IMG/VR virus record: IMGVR_UViG_3300037400_008007
Span: 10,616-74,615 of that record
Direction: 5' to 3' (one strand)
DNA: 64,000 bases
Source of the DNA: a virus
Taxonomy: Duplodnaviria; Caudoviricetes
Made by a program: the position numbers and the translations under genes. Under the pieces are notes generated by a model, which saw nothing but the letters and a program-made list of their open reading frames with translations, made no database searches and was not told the DNA's origin. Below are positions 1 through 11,171 of the stretch, piece after piece. Each line of letters starts with the position of its first letter. Position 1 is the stretch's first letter.

Positions 1-263
1 AGCGTATAAACAGGCTCTTCAAGGACATAAAGGTGAACTACTCTAAGGAAGAAATAGCAGCAGGTATACGGCAGCTTGACTTTGGTAGTTTTGGTGTCCT
101 TGATTGGTACGCAAAACGTATGGGAATCACCAACCAAAACGAAGTGCGAGACGTGGCTTGGGTGCGTATCTACCAGTGCATGAAGAACGATTGTATGAAG
201 AACGAGTACGAGCGCAGGCTGAGTCAGCAATACAAATCGAAGATAGGCAAAAACAAAAGATAG
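1..263 (+). CDS. 5'-truncated phage tail gene, possibly tail assembly chaperone
   Basis: Frame is open back to the window start; lies upstream of tail genes. Confidence 0.4.
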   Translation, partial: RINRLFKDIKVNYSKEEIAAGIRQLDFGSFGVLDWYAKRMGITNQNEVRDVAWVRIYQCMKNDCMKNEYERRLSQQYKSKIGKNKR

Positions 264-266
264 GCA

Positions 267-764
267 ATGAGTAAGTGTAATTGTTTGAAGAACGTGGCCG
301 CTCATGGCACAGTGGAGAAGAAAATCCATTCGATTGTAGACAGCATGGAAGCAGATGTTGCCTACTTCTTCTTGAACTGGGCGCAGGCCAACGAAGCTAT
401 TGACAACGTGGATAAGCCCTCTATTGTTTATGTACTCCCGCCGTCGGGAGAACTTGATGTTAGTTGGGCGCAGGTAAAGGACAGGCCAGAAGCGCAAATA
501 GCGTTTATAGCTCCCACAGACTTCGACTTCGATGGAGAAGCCAATGATGACATCATAGAGCAGATGAAGCGTTTGTGCGTAAGGTTCATAAAAGCCTTCA
601 ACGAGAGCGGCTTGTTTGAGATTATCGAAGGCAAATTGTCATATAGGGTGCTATATGATTATCTTGACCACAATGTGACAGGTATAGTTATTACTCCAAA
701 AATCAAGGAGGAAGAGGGAATTATCATTTGTGGCGATGAAGAGGTGAGAGCCGAGGATGAGTAA
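267..764 (+). CDS. putative tail terminator/completion protein
   Basis: 165 aa; size and position in tail module. Confidence 0.45.
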   Translation: MSKCNCLKNVAAHGTVEKKIHSIVDSMEADVAYFFLNWAQANEAIDNVDKPSIVYVLPPSGELDVSWAQVKDRPEAQIAFIAPTDFDFDGEANDDIIEQMKRLCVRFIKAFNESGLFEIIEGKLSYRVLYDYLDHNVTGIVITPKIKEEEGIIICGDEEVRAEDE

Positions 765-776
765 CCATAGTGGCCA

Positions 777-1286
777 ATGGAAGCGATAAGAGAAATAGTA
801 ATGCGGCACTTGCAGAACGTGCAGAAAGGCATCGTTGTAAACATGCAGAAGATGCACCGCACAACGTCTGGCCGTTCTGTCGCATCGTTGCTTATTGAGG
901 ATGAAGGCACAGACGGCATGGCTCATTTGCTCCTTACTGGTGATAAGCAGTGGGAAGTCATGGAGAGAGGGCGAGGGCCAGGCAATGTGCCACATAACTT
1001 CGCAGACATTATCAAGGAGTGGATATTGCGCAAGGGTATCAGTTATCAGCAGTTCGCTCCGAAGAAAGGGCCAACAGAACGAGGATTGACAAATCTCTCA
1101 TGGATGATAGCGCAAAGCATCATGAAGAAAGGCACAAAGCTCCACCGCGACAATGGATATAACGACATCTTTGACACCCTGCTAAAAGAAGAGACAGAGA
1201 AGCTGGCTATCGAAGCGCAGGGTATAATAGCAACAGAAGTAGATACAATAAACGACAAAGACGATGCAGAGAAGAGCAATTCGTAG
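777..1286 (+). CDS. putative HK97-gp10-like neck/tail completion protein
   Basis: 169 aa; RTTSGRSVASL and ERGRGPG segments resemble gp10-like proteins; position. Confidence 0.45.
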   Translation: MEAIREIVMRHLQNVQKGIVVNMQKMHRTTSGRSVASLLIEDEGTDGMAHLLLTGDKQWEVMERGRGPGNVPHNFADIIKEWILRKGISYQQFAPKKGPTERGLTNLSWMIAQSIMKKGTKLHRDNGYNDIFDTLLKEETEKLAIEAQGIIATEVDTINDKDDAEKSNS

Positions 1287-2838
1287 AACAGACTATGGAA
1301 CGTCCGGCACCGTAGATTTCCCTACTGGTGTTGTGTATGTGTTCAACCCAAACTATGTAGAATTGACGCTGAATGACTATACAGGAATAGTCGTGCTGAC
1401 TGTAAGTGACTCCCAAAACACCTACAGTATCGACGTTTCTCTGTATAATGGTTCAGCCAAGTGTTATATATCGAAGCTCCTGCAGCTGTTGTTTGATGAT
1501 TATGTGTCGGTACGCTCGAAAGAAGTCACTATTGCTTTAGAGACGAGCGACGGACATAGCATCGCATCTTCTACGGTTACAGCCTTGTGGGCTCATGTTG
1601 ACCTTGGGATGAAATTTGGTTACTACTTGCCATTCGTCTATGATGGTGTGTCTATGCCGCCAAGTGTCAGAGACGTTATTTGGTTTAAGAACTTACCGTT
1701 TAAGGTATCGCTATTCAGAGAGACACAGGAGTACAAGCTATATTCTATGAGGGATAAGACAAACTATGACGGTATCTACGACCCATTATTAGTGAGGCCA
1801 GGAATGTTAGGAATGCCTATTTGGGGAGGTAAGACAGGCATCTTTGAATTAGACCCTGCGGCAAATTACTCAAACACAAACAAGGTGTTAGAGTATGTCG
1901 TTATGAAAGACAGGCAGGTAAACAAATTCCCATCGATAAGTAGCGGTTGGGAAGGGGATAGTGGTAGTACCGTCGTATATGACACAACAGAATACGGCAT
2001 AAAAGACGCGCAAGGTGATTTGTATTCTCCAGTAATGTATATTCCGGCAGGCCAAACGCTTTGCTTTAGTTTTGACGACAACAACGAGCAGGTAGACGTT
2101 ATCTTTGCATGGATAACGAATAACAATTATGAGTGCAGTTCGGATATTTATGAAAATGGAGAATCCGTAACAGTGCAGAAGGAAGGCTCTGTTGTGACGA
2201 GAGACGGAAGAAGCAGAGCTTATTATCTCTTCACTACAACAGCAGATGCTTACCTAACCGTGAATATTCCATTTTCAAATTACATATACCGTCCGCAGCT
2301 TGAGTATTCAAATAGCCCATCAGTGTTCCATGTGCCAGGAAATATATTCAACCAGTTTGAAGCAAACTTTGATATGGTCTTTCCAGAACCAACGGAATTG
2401 GCATACATAGTTCGGCTTCATGTCTGTAACGACAAGGTGGGTGTGTATCTTCGCTGGATAGACCACTACGGCTTTTGGCAATACTATCTATTTGTCAAGG
2501 GAAGTAGAACAAGCAAGAACAGTCCCGACAAGAACGCTATAAATCTTGACTATGTGAGTAACGGTGTCCACCACCAAGCACAGAGGGTAATAGCAGTGGA
2601 GAATACAGACACGATAAAGTGCTGTGCTGTGAATATGCGAAAGGAAATACTGGCTTACGTCGAGACGATTTTTAAGTCAACTCACATCGACATGTATATC
2701 GGAAAGGATTTCAGCGGCAACGAAATGTGGAAGCCTGTGAACATAGAGAAAGGTTCTGTGTCGATTGCTGCAGAAAAAGGTCTGTATGACTATGAGTTTT
2801 CTATAACACTGCCAGATAGCGTAACACAAACACTGTAG
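1264..2838 (+). CDS. tail structural protein (distal-tail-like)
   Basis: 524 aa beta-rich; C-terminal YLRWIDHYGFWQYYLF typical of Bacteroidales phage tail proteins. Confidence 0.5.
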   Translation: MQRRAIRRTDYGTSGTVDFPTGVVYVFNPNYVELTLNDYTGIVVLTVSDSQNTYSIDVSLYNGSAKCYISKLLQLLFDDYVSVRSKEVTIALETSDGHSIASSTVTALWAHVDLGMKFGYYLPFVYDGVSMPPSVRDVIWFKNLPFKVSLFRETQEYKLYSMRDKTNYDGIYDPLLVRPGMLGMPIWGGKTGIFELDPAANYSNTNKVLEYVVMKDRQVNKFPSISSGWEGDSGSTVVYDTTEYGIKDAQGDLYSPVMYIPAGQTLCFSFDDNNEQVDVIFAWITNNNYECSSDIYENGESVTVQKEGSVVTRDGRSRAYYLFTTTADAYLTVNIPFSNYIYRPQLEYSNSPSVFHVPGNIFNQFEANFDMVFPEPTELAYIVRLHVCNDKVGVYLRWIDHYGFWQYYLFVKGSRTSKNSPDKNAINLDYVSNGVHHQAQRVIAVENTDTIKCCAVNMRKEILAYVETIFKSTHIDMYIGKDFSGNEMWKPVNIEKGSVSIAAEKGLYDYEFSITLPDSVTQTL

Positions 2839-2841
2839 GAT

Positions 2842-3024
2842 ATGACGTTTGAAGAGTTTAAGAAAGTAAAGGTTGGTAGCCAGTGCGTGATTATTAAGAC
2901 TGGAGAGCCGGGGAGCGTGTTATCTGTAAATAACGGAACTGGCGATGTCTTATTGCAGGCGAAGAGAGCCGGACGTGGAGTGACGAAAGAGTGGTTTCAC
3001 TATATACAGCTTGGGAAGTTATGA
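2842..3024 (+). CDS. small hypothetical protein
   Basis: 60 aa, ATG start, tightly packed. Confidence 0.5.
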   Translation: MTFEEFKKVKVGSQCVIIKTGEPGSVLSVNNGTGDVLLQAKRAGRGVTKEWFHYIQLGKL

Positions 3025-3146
3025 AGATTATGTTTGTTGTATTGGGCTTGTGCCTGTTTCTTTTGCTATATGCGGCCATTCGATTTGTACTGGCAGCAAT
3101 AATCATCTATGCTGATTTGCAGAAATATAAAGCGTCGAGGAAATGA
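3021..3146 (+). CDS. small membrane peptide (41 aa, not in ORF track)
   Basis: MKIMFVVLGLCLFLLLYAAIRFVLAAIII...; ATGA overlaps at both ends. Confidence 0.35.
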   Translation: MKIMFVVLGLCLFLLLYAAIRFVLAAIIIYADLQKYKASRK

Positions 3147-6139
3147 AAGAAGAGTTGTACGTTTTCATAAATGGCGAGCGCAAGCAGTTAGACTTGGAGA
3201 ACCCAAGCGGCATTACGATGAAGTGGGTGTCGAACTTGTTCAACGACCTAAGTAAGTTGACATGCTCCTACACCTACACATTCAATCTGCCTAAGACGAA
3301 CAACAACGTGAGGGTGTTGGAAAATGTCTGTGACATTCGCCACAAGACAGACATTCGCCATGCTGTGGTCGAGGCAGAATTTCTTATCAATGGAATATGT
3401 TTGTGCAAGAACGCCAACCTGCATTTGAGCGAAATAAAGGCAGACTCTTTTTCATGTGTCCTAACGTGGGGTGTGTTGAAGGCTTTTATTGAGCTGAAAG
3501 ACAGTGGCGTGAAGTTGAACGAGTTACCGTCTCTCGGAACAATGATATGGCAGGAGAATGGTTATGGATGGAAGTCAGCGTTTCTTACCAATATGGAAAC
3601 GTATGTCACTCCTTTGTATGTGGCAGGAAACCCTAACAAGCCTGGCAAACCGTGCATACCAGTCTATCGGCTCATTCAAGAGATTAACAAGTTCTTTGGA
3701 GTGAAATTTGAACTTGGTCGATTATTGAGGGACAGTTTCGGGGCCTTATCGGAATCGTGCTTTAATAATACATCGTATCATGGCGAGATACATAACGATG
3801 ACTTTATCACTTACGGGGCAATTCCTCTAACGGGCAATGACTTTAATGGAGGAACGTATAACATATCCGCTAACATTAATACAGGAAAGACGCTCACACT
3901 ATATGCTCTTGGAAGTGGTGGCCTTTATGTTGATAGTAACAGGTATGAACGAGACTGGGTTCAAGGTGTTTGGAGCAGAGGAATGTACGGAAATGAGACC
4001 TGTTTTCTGCGACTTGCAGACGGACAAGATGCTATACCATCCCGTGAGCCTCTGGCATACAGCATACCAGTTGTGCGTAATCTTTCTTATAACAATATTG
4101 TTCAACCATTATATGCTAAATGTGAAGATAACTCTTATGAGGCATTTATGATAGAGCAAGAGGAAAGAAGGGCTTATCTTACCGAATGGTTAAGGAATCA
4201 TCAATACTGGGAAGAGACGGTAAAAAGGGCATTTTATTTTGAAGCGCATAACAGCTTTATTAACGGCAAAAGAAACGAATATCAAAGTATTGGGTATAGA
4301 TGTATATTTGAGCATGAAGTCGTTGGTTCTCTCAAGCTTCATGTGAAGAAAGAAGCAGTAGATGCAAGAAGGGTTTCGCTGACAGAATTTAGATGGATAA
4401 GCATAGGAAAAGTCTCGAAGTCAAATGCTGAAAACGGGAATCAGTATTGGATAAGAAGCATAGATGTGCTTTCCTCGAATAATGTGGACAGCTGGGCAGG
4501 GCTTCAATCATACGGTTCAAGAATATTTGACCAGGCGACGAACACTTATGTCTATACCTTTGATTTTGGTGACGAATTGATAGCAAGAAAGCTTAACATG
4601 CCTGCGGCTGATTCCGACTTGATAGGCTACTTCTTTCTCCCGTACATTCCAGAAATGGAAACAGCAAACGATGTGTTGCGGATACAAGAAGGAGATCTGT
4701 ACATCACAGACCTTCATATAACAAGAATTGCACCAATTTTGACATTCACAGGTTTCCCCGTGAAGATAAACATAACGCAATCGCTGCCCAATATCTCTGT
4801 TTATGACTTCATGAGGTCTCTATTTGCATTAAACGGAGCATACCCTGTAGTAGATGCCGATGGCGAGACCATAAAGGCTATATACTACGACAATCTTAAA
4901 AGAGCCATTATGAACGGTGAAGGCTTGGACTGGTCTGACAAACTGATTGGCGACATCAAGACAAACACATCGACGAAATTCCTGCCAAAGCAGGTAGCCC
5001 AACATAACTACTTCAAGAATGCCAACACCACTTATGGCAAAACAGAAAGTGAGTTGCTGGAAGAATTTGACGAATACCCTCAAGGTTATGGTGATATTCA
5101 GTTTGAAGACACTACGTTGTCAGAGAATAAAGATATATACAAGTCGCCTTTCTATTCTCCGCTTTTGCTGGATAGACGTTACCCAAGCGTGGAGACAGGA
5201 GAAACTACGAAGATATGGAATGGTGTTGGCGAATATCAAGATACTGTCAACCCCATATATGGATATGTTCTATATGAAAACGAAAGAATAAGGTTGAAAT
5301 GCTTTGACCCATTCGACAACATAGAAAACTTCTACGGGTATCTTCAGAAGATATACGATGATTACGTTCAGATAAAAGAAACTTTCTTGTTGAACGAAAT
5401 GGACTTGTTGAAGCTGGATTTTGGTAAGCCAATTTACTTGAGCAAGTACAATGCGTACTTCGCCATATCAACATTACAGAGGAACAAAGGTGGAGATTGT
5501 GTAGCCGAACTGGTAAAACTGCCATCCCCAGAGGAAGAGGACGCAGGTATAGTTACAGCTGATATGTATGGCAACTTAGAGAAACAAGAGCCGTCACTAA
5601 CTTCCGAAGAGTGGCTGATTTATGCTCTAACTTATGCGTATGAGGATGGAACGGGGGCAAAAATTCAATGGAAAGACAGAGAATACGGAGCATGGCAAGA
5701 CTCTGCTTATGAAGACGTATATGTGTCTACTACTGACAATACTGTTTTATATTTCAGAATAAAACCAGCCGAAGTGTCAGAAGAGGAAGAGGAAACAGAA
5801 GGCGAGGAAGAGGCGAATGAGTTAAAGTATCTTTATGTCTCCGTAGAAGGTATGTTTAAATTCATAGACAGTTGGGGAAACGTAAAGAATGCAGCCTATT
5901 CATGTGAGCTAAGCACATACATTGATGGAGTCTTAAAGGAAACATATACGAGAAGTGGCCAAAGAACCATTCAATATGGCGAAAGAGCCGGCGAAGTTGA
6001 GGTAGATTCTTATAACGAAAATGTTTTGCTTCCTCAAAAGACAGACAGTTTCCACCCTGTAAAAATCATAGCAAAGATGTACTCTAAAGAAGGAGAATTG
6101 CTGACGACAATCGAAAGAAACTTCTATATATACTATTAA
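3143..6139 (+). CDS. baseplate hub / tail-tip structural protein
   Basis: 998 aa; N-terminus SYTYTFNLPKTNNN typical of Bacteroidales phage tail-tip proteins; adjacent to tape measure. Confidence 0.55.
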   Translation: MKEELYVFINGERKQLDLENPSGITMKWVSNLFNDLSKLTCSYTYTFNLPKTNNNVRVLENVCDIRHKTDIRHAVVEAEFLINGICLCKNANLHLSEIKADSFSCVLTWGVLKAFIELKDSGVKLNELPSLGTMIWQENGYGWKSAFLTNMETYVTPLYVAGNPNKPGKPCIPVYRLIQEINKFFGVKFELGRLLRDSFGALSESCFNNTSYHGEIHNDDFITYGAIPLTGNDFNGGTYNISANINTGKTLTLYALGSGGLYVDSNRYERDWVQGVWSRGMYGNETCFLRLADGQDAIPSREPLAYSIPVVRNLSYNNIVQPLYAKCEDNSYEAFMIEQEERRAYLTEWLRNHQYWEETVKRAFYFEAHNSFINGKRNEYQSIGYRCIFEHEVVGSLKLHVKKEAVDARRVSLTEFRWISIGKVSKSNAENGNQYWIRSIDVLSSNNVDSWAGLQSYGSRIFDQATNTYVYTFDFGDELIARKLNMPAADSDLIGYFFLPYIPEMETANDVLRIQEGDLYITDLHITRIAPILTFTGFPVKINITQSLPNISVYDFMRSLFALNGAYPVVDADGETIKAIYYDNLKRAIMNGEGLDWSDKLIGDIKTNTSTKFLPKQVAQHNYFKNANTTYGKTESELLEEFDEYPQGYGDIQFEDTTLSENKDIYKSPFYSPLLLDRRYPSVETGETTKIWNGVGEYQDTVNPIYGYVLYENERIRLKCFDPFDNIENFYGYLQKIYDDYVQIKETFLLNEMDLLKLDFGKPIYLSKYNAYFAISTLQRNKGGDCVAELVKLPSPEEEDAGIVTADMYGNLEKQEPSLTSEEWLIYALTYAYEDGTGAKIQWKDREYGAWQDSAYEDVYVSTTDNTVLYFRIKPAEVSEEEEETEGEEEANELKYLYVSVEGMFKFIDSWGNVKNAAYSCELSTYIDGVLKETYTRSGQRTIQYGERAGEVEVDSYNENVLLPQKTDSFHPVKIIAKMYSKEGELLTTIERNFYIYY

Positions 6140-6141
6140 TC

Positions 6142-9100
6142 ATGGCAGACGAGAGAGTAAAAATCATTGACATACAGGTAAGATACCAAGATGCGATCGA
6201 AGCTCTTGCCAAGTTCCGTGCTTCATTGGCAGAAGCCAAGAAGTACCAGACCGAGTTAAAGAAAGCTTTGAAAGACGGACAGATTACACAGGAGCAATAC
6301 GATAGTAGTATGGCAGCAAGCAATGTGTATATCCGCAATCAGAGTGAGCAGATGCGTACTTTGTCAAAGCAGGTACACAACCAGATTAAGGCCACGCAGG
6401 AACAGGAGGGTAGTCTTAAACAGCTTCGAGCCGAGCTTTCCAACGCTACAGCGAAGTGGGATGCCATGGGAAGAGCGGAACGAGAGAGTGCGAAAGGCCG
6501 TGCTTTGCAAGACCACATCAACAACATCACTACAGAACTCAAGACAGCCGAGGAAGCCACACAGCGTTTCTACAGGAATGTCGGCAACTACAAATCGGCA
6601 ACACAAGGCTTGGAGAATATACGAGTGAAGATTGCCGATATTGGCAAGCAGATGTTGGGTCTTATTGGTATGGGTAGTATGATGCAATTCAGTAAGCAGG
6701 TCATCGAGACTACCAGAGATTTTGAGGACGCAATGGCCCGTATTAAGGCCGTGACAAATGCAGCGCCAGAGCAGTTAGCCATGATGGAAGCCAAAGCCCG
6801 TGAGTTGGGTAAGACGACAATCTATCATGCTTCAGAAGCGGCAAATGCCATGGAAACACTTTCCCGTGGTGGCTTTACAGCAGCCGAGGCGACAGAAGCC
6901 GTTGGTAAGACGCTTCAGTTTGCGCAGGCCAATGTAATAGGACTTGACGAAGCAGCCGACATTATGATACGCACGATGCGAGGCTTTAAACTACCTGTCA
7001 GCGAAGAGGAAATGACCCGTGTGAACGATGTTCTTTCTAAGGTATCAGCATCATCGGCAACAAACGTGCTGGAGATTGCAGAAGCCATGAAGAACGCTGC
7101 ACCTTTCGGAAGCACTCTCGGACAGAGCGTTGAAGAAGTGAGTGCATCGTTAGGTGTGCTTGCTGACGTTGGCGTTCGTGGAGCTGATGCAGGTACCGCC
7201 TTGCGCATGGTTATGTTTGGCCTGGCAACAGAAACTCCAAAGCAGCAGAAAGTGTTTAAGGAGTTCGGAATTGAAATAAACCAGCAATCAATGGCCACAG
7301 AAGGCTTGACCAAGACCTTGCAGCGATTGAAAGAAAGCGGCATCATGGAGGCAGCGGACAGCGCAAACAAACTGGCCGCAGTCTTTGGCCGTCGTGCCAC
7401 ACCGCAGGTAATGGCTCTTGTCGGAAACATTGACCGACTCGATGAGAAGCTGGTGTTGTTGGGTGGCAAGGTGAATACATATGGAGAGCAGGCAGAGCAG
7501 TTGGTAGAAGCTACTGGTCAGCCCCTCAATCAGATAAACGCAACCCTCGCGCAACTGGAAGAGGCAGGGCTGAAAGGCGCAGCTGCCACAGAGGTTGTGA
7601 AGAGCGCGTATAACGGACTGTCAGCGCAGGCCGAGCAGCAAAGGGCTGTCTTTGATGCGCTTGGAGTGACAATTAACAAGCAGACGTTAGAGACTGATGG
7701 GCTGTCGGGGTCTTTGAAGAAGCTCAAGGATGCCGGAATACTCGAAGCTGCAAATTCCGCTCAAATGCTTGCACAGGTGTTTGGAAGCGAAGCCGCACCA
7801 ATGGTCGAGACACTTATTGAGAATGTAGATGGCTTGCAGCAGAAATTCGTGGACTTGAACAATGCTGACGTAGCAGGCACTACAGAACGAATGTTCAATG
7901 ACTCTATTAGCGAGCTAACGAAGTCAATCAAGACCCTATCTTCTGCATGGGAGGATTGGATAATCTCACTTGGCCAGACTTCCGACAGTGGAGTGATAGA
8001 TACCGTAAACGCTCTGACTGATGCAGTCCGTTTCCTTGGCTCTCATGTTAGTGAGGTTATCAATTTTATCATTACGGCTATAGCTTCTATCAGCTTCGCT
8101 AAGTTGGTGAACGGAGCAAGAGCATCTTTCGTTTCGATACGAGACTCTGCAATTAGTAATGCCGAGGCAGCTTCATCTACGGTGCGCACTCTGAACAGTC
8201 AAGAACATGTACTGAAGAAACAGATTGCTTCACAGGAGAAGATGCTTTACAAGGAGGTCAATGGCGAGAGGGTGATGAACGAGAATTTGACCGCCAACGA
8301 AATTCTGATGTTAGAGGCGAAGCTCGGAGCCAACAGGCGACAACTTCAGCAGACGCAGGCCCAGCAAGAGGCGGCTTTGTTGAACGAGAAGAAGCTATGG
8401 CATCAGGCAGCGGCTTTGAATACGAGTACCACATGGAAATCCGCTATGGTGGCAGCATCTACAGCGGTTCAAGGTTTCGTTGCAGCCAGTAAGACAGCCC
8501 TAAAGGGATTCATCTTTACTGCTGTCATTATGCTTGCATTTGAAGCTATACAAAAGCTCTTTAGCTTGATTGATACATCATCCGACAGTACGTTTGGAAA
8601 GATAACATCAGCCGTGACAGGGTTTGTCAAGAAAGGCTTGAATTTCCTTATCGACGCATTTAATTCTGTCGTCAACTACATCAAGGATTTTGTCGAGAAT
8701 AGCCGTATCATGCAAGTATGGCTGGTAGCAATCAAGACAGAAATGTCTATTGTGGGGGCGGTATTCAAGTCTGTGTGGTCGGTATTCAAGGCTGGTCTCA
8801 AAGAGATATGGAACGCATTTAAGTTGGTTGCAGGTATCGTAGGAGCTGTTGGCACAGCCATTGAAGGTCTGCTTACCTTAAATTGGACGCAGATGAAGAG
8901 GGGCATCCAGCAAGTAGCCAAGACAGCGACAGACTTCTGGAAGAACACAACAGACAACGCTAAACAAGCAGGCGCCGAGATTGCCGACAATATTGTTGGC
9001 GCATACAATTCGACTGTGGACGCAATTAAGAACGCAAATCAGAGCAAGGCTTTTGGTGGTGCTGGTACTGGAGTTAATGCCGCTGCAGCAGGGGCTTCGA

Positions 9101-10914
9101 TTGGAGGTGCTATTGGTGGAGGTGGTAAGTCGCCCGCAGAAGCCGTTGAGGAAGAAGCGTCAAAGGAAGGCGATAAGCCTAAAACAAAGTATGCGGAAGA
9201 TGCAAAGAACGCTAAAGAAGATTGGGATCAGGCCAAGGCTTATTACGACCAACTCATCAAAGACCAAAATGCCACTACGGAAGATGTACTTGCGGCTCGC
9301 AAGAATATGGCAGATGCACAGAAAGCCTACGAGGAACTGACAGGCAACAAGCAGAAGAAAGGTGGAGGCAAGAGCGGAGAAGATAAAGCAGACCGTGATG
9401 CCAAGAAAGCTGCAGAGCTGGAGCGTAAGGCTTTCGAGGATGCAGAAAAGGCCATGCTCGACTTAATGAAAGACACCGCAGCAAAACGCAGGGCGCAGTT
9501 GGAGTTCCAGTATGATGATGAAATCCGTAAACTCAAAGTCCGGCTTGCTACGGAGAAGTTGCTGACGGAAGATGCAAAAGAGGCTATCCGTAGGACTATC
9601 CTGCTGAAAGAGCAGAAGAAGAACGAGGAAATGGCCAAGCTCGATGATGAAGAGCTGAAGCGAGAAATCGAGAATCGTCAGAAAGTAATTCAGAGCCGCT
9701 TGTCTATTGCACAGAAAGGCAGCGAGGAAGAGCTGGAACTGAAGAGAAGAGCAAATCAAGAAAAGGCACAGCTTGACGTTCTCGCCCTCAAGCAAGAGGA
9801 AGATAACCGAATGGCCGATGCACAGGAGAGGTTGAGGATAGCCCAAGAACAGTATGGCGCAGAGTCGGCTATGGCACTTGCAGCCCAGCAGGACTTAGAG
9901 GCAGTCGAGCTTGAATTTGAGGAACGTCGCAATAATATCCGTGAGGCAGCAAGGCAAAAGAACTTGCAGTTAGAGGAACAGTATCAACAGCAGCTTGCTG
10001 CACAACGTCAGCAAGAGTTCCAAAATCAGATAACGGAATTGGAAATGCAGATGATACAGCAGAACGATTTGCGGCAGGGGTATATTGGCGACCTTGCTGT
10101 TGAGGAATTGGCTCAAGAGCAAATGCGCCTGAACGTGGTTTCGCAAGGAGAAATGGATGTCCTTGAAATCAGAAGACAGGCTGCAGAAGATAGATACAAC
10201 AGCATACTTCAACAAGGACAGCTTGAAGGCGAGACCGAGCAGCAGTACAACACTCGTCGCTTGCAGGCCGAGAAAGCTGTGTATGATGCGAAGGCCGCAT
10301 ACAGGAAGGCAGAGCTGACTAATGAGAAAGCTCACCTAACGGCCATGCGCTCATTGTCGAACAGTTTTGTTTCTTTGTCCGCAGCTATCGGTGAGAGTAA
10401 CAAGGACTTTGCCAATTTGAGCAAGATTATCACCCTTGCCCAGATTGCGATTGATACTGGCCGTGCGTTGTCGGGAGGTATCGCCAGTGCAGCATCACTG
10501 CCTTACCCCGCAAACCTTGCTGCCATAGCATCTACTATCGCAACCATTCTTACCAACGTGGCCACTGCCATCAGCACGGTAAAATCAGCACAATTCGCAG
10601 AAGGTGGTAAGGTGACAGGCCCAGGCACGGGAACTTCTGACAGCATACCAGCCCGCCTGTCTGCAGGAGAATTTGTGGTGACTGCCAAGGCTACCAAACT
10701 CTTTGAACCGTTATTGATGGCCATGAACAATATCGGTGCCGGAGTTGTGCCAATGATGGCGACCAATTCATATCGAGACTACAATATGCCGACAAACGAA
10801 CTCACGGAGAGCTTTAGAGAAGCAGCCGAGAATATACACCCCGTTGTGTCTGTGGTTGAGATAACCGAAAGGCAAGGGCAAGTCGAAGTAATTGAAAATC
10901 TTGATACACTATAA
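6142..10914 (+). CDS. tail tape measure protein (TP901-type core)
   Basis: 1590 aa, helical/coiled-coil; FEDAMARIKAVTNA core; C-terminal FAEGGKVTGPGTGTSDSIPARLSAGEFV; internal duplicated segment. Confidence 0.92.
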   Translation: MADERVKIIDIQVRYQDAIEALAKFRASLAEAKKYQTELKKALKDGQITQEQYDSSMAASNVYIRNQSEQMRTLSKQVHNQIKATQEQEGSLKQLRAELSNATAKWDAMGRAERESAKGRALQDHINNITTELKTAEEATQRFYRNVGNYKSATQGLENIRVKIADIGKQMLGLIGMGSMMQFSKQVIETTRDFEDAMARIKAVTNAAPEQLAMMEAKARELGKTTIYHASEAANAMETLSRGGFTAAEATEAVGKTLQFAQANVIGLDEAADIMIRTMRGFKLPVSEEEMTRVNDVLSKVSASSATNVLEIAEAMKNAAPFGSTLGQSVEEVSASLGVLADVGVRGADAGTALRMVMFGLATETPKQQKVFKEFGIEINQQSMATEGLTKTLQRLKESGIMEAADSANKLAAVFGRRATPQVMALVGNIDRLDEKLVLLGGKVNTYGEQAEQLVEATGQPLNQINATLAQLEEAGLKGAAATEVVKSAYNGLSAQAEQQRAVFDALGVTINKQTLETDGLSGSLKKLKDAGILEAANSAQMLAQVFGSEAAPMVETLIENVDGLQQKFVDLNNADVAGTTERMFNDSISELTKSIKTLSSAWEDWIISLGQTSDSGVIDTVNALTDAVRFLGSHVSEVINFIITAIASISFAKLVNGARASFVSIRDSAISNAEAASSTVRTLNSQEHVLKKQIASQEKMLYKEVNGERVMNENLTANEILMLEAKLGANRRQLQQTQAQQEAALLNEKKLWHQAAALNTSTTWKSAMVAASTAVQGFVAASKTALKGFIFTAVIMLAFEAIQKLFSLIDTSSDSTFGKITSAVTGFVKKGLNFLIDAFNSVVNYIKDFVENSRIMQVWLVAIKTEMSIVGAVFKSVWSVFKAGLKEIWNAFKLVAGIVGAVGTAIEGLLTLNWTQMKRGIQQVAKTATDFWKNTTDNAKQAGAEIADNIVGAYNSTVDAIKNANQSKAFGGAGTGVNAAAAGASIGGAIGGGGKSPAEAVEEEASKEGDKPKTKYAEDAKNAKEDWDQAKAYYDQLIKDQNATTEDVLAARKNMADAQKAYEELTGNKQKKGGGKSGEDKADRDAKKAAELERKAFEDAEKAMLDLMKDTAAKRRAQLEFQYDDEIRKLKVRLATEKLLTEDAKEAIRRTILLKEQKKNEEMAKLDDEELKREIENRQKVIQSRLSIAQKGSEEELELKRRANQEKAQLDVLALKQEEDNRMADAQERLRIAQEQYGAESAMALAAQQDLEAVELEFEERRNNIREAARQKNLQLEEQYQQQLAAQRQQEFQNQITELEMQMIQQNDLRQGYIGDLAVEELAQEQMRLNVVSQGEMDVLEIRRQAAEDRYNSILQQGQLEGETEQQYNTRRLQAEKAVYDAKAAYRKAELTNEKAHLTAMRSLSNSFVSLSAAIGESNKDFANLSKIITLAQIAIDTGRALSGGIASAASLPYPANLAAIASTIATILTNVATAISTVKSAQFAEGGKVTGPGTGTSDSIPARLSAGEFVVTAKATKLFEPLLMAMNNIGAGVVPMMATNSYRDYNMPTNELTESFREAAENIHPVVSVVEITERQGQVEVIENLDTL

Positions 10915-10937
10915 ACATAAAGATTCACGGAGAAAAT

Positions 10938-11171
10938 ATGACACGTTACGAACTTTTGACAACAAACAAGACGCTCATTGAGGCGATGGTGGAGAACTCC
11001 ATTGACATTCGGGACATCAAGTATCTCTCGCTATATGCAGAGTTTAAGGCGATGAAATCCAAGAAGCACAAGGTAGGCTACATTGTCCTGCACCTTAGCG
11101 AGAAATACAAGATGTCCGAGAGAGGCATCTACAAGCTGATAGACCGAATGAAGAAACGAGTCGCAATATGA
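10938..11171 (+). CDS. small basic HTH-like DNA-binding protein
   Basis: 77 aa; LSEKYKMSERGIYKLIDR resembles a Mor-type helix-turn-helix. Confidence 0.5.
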   Translation: MTRYELLTTNKTLIEAMVENSIDIRDIKYLSLYAEFKAMKSKKHKVGYIVLHLSEKYKMSERGIYKLIDRMKKRVAI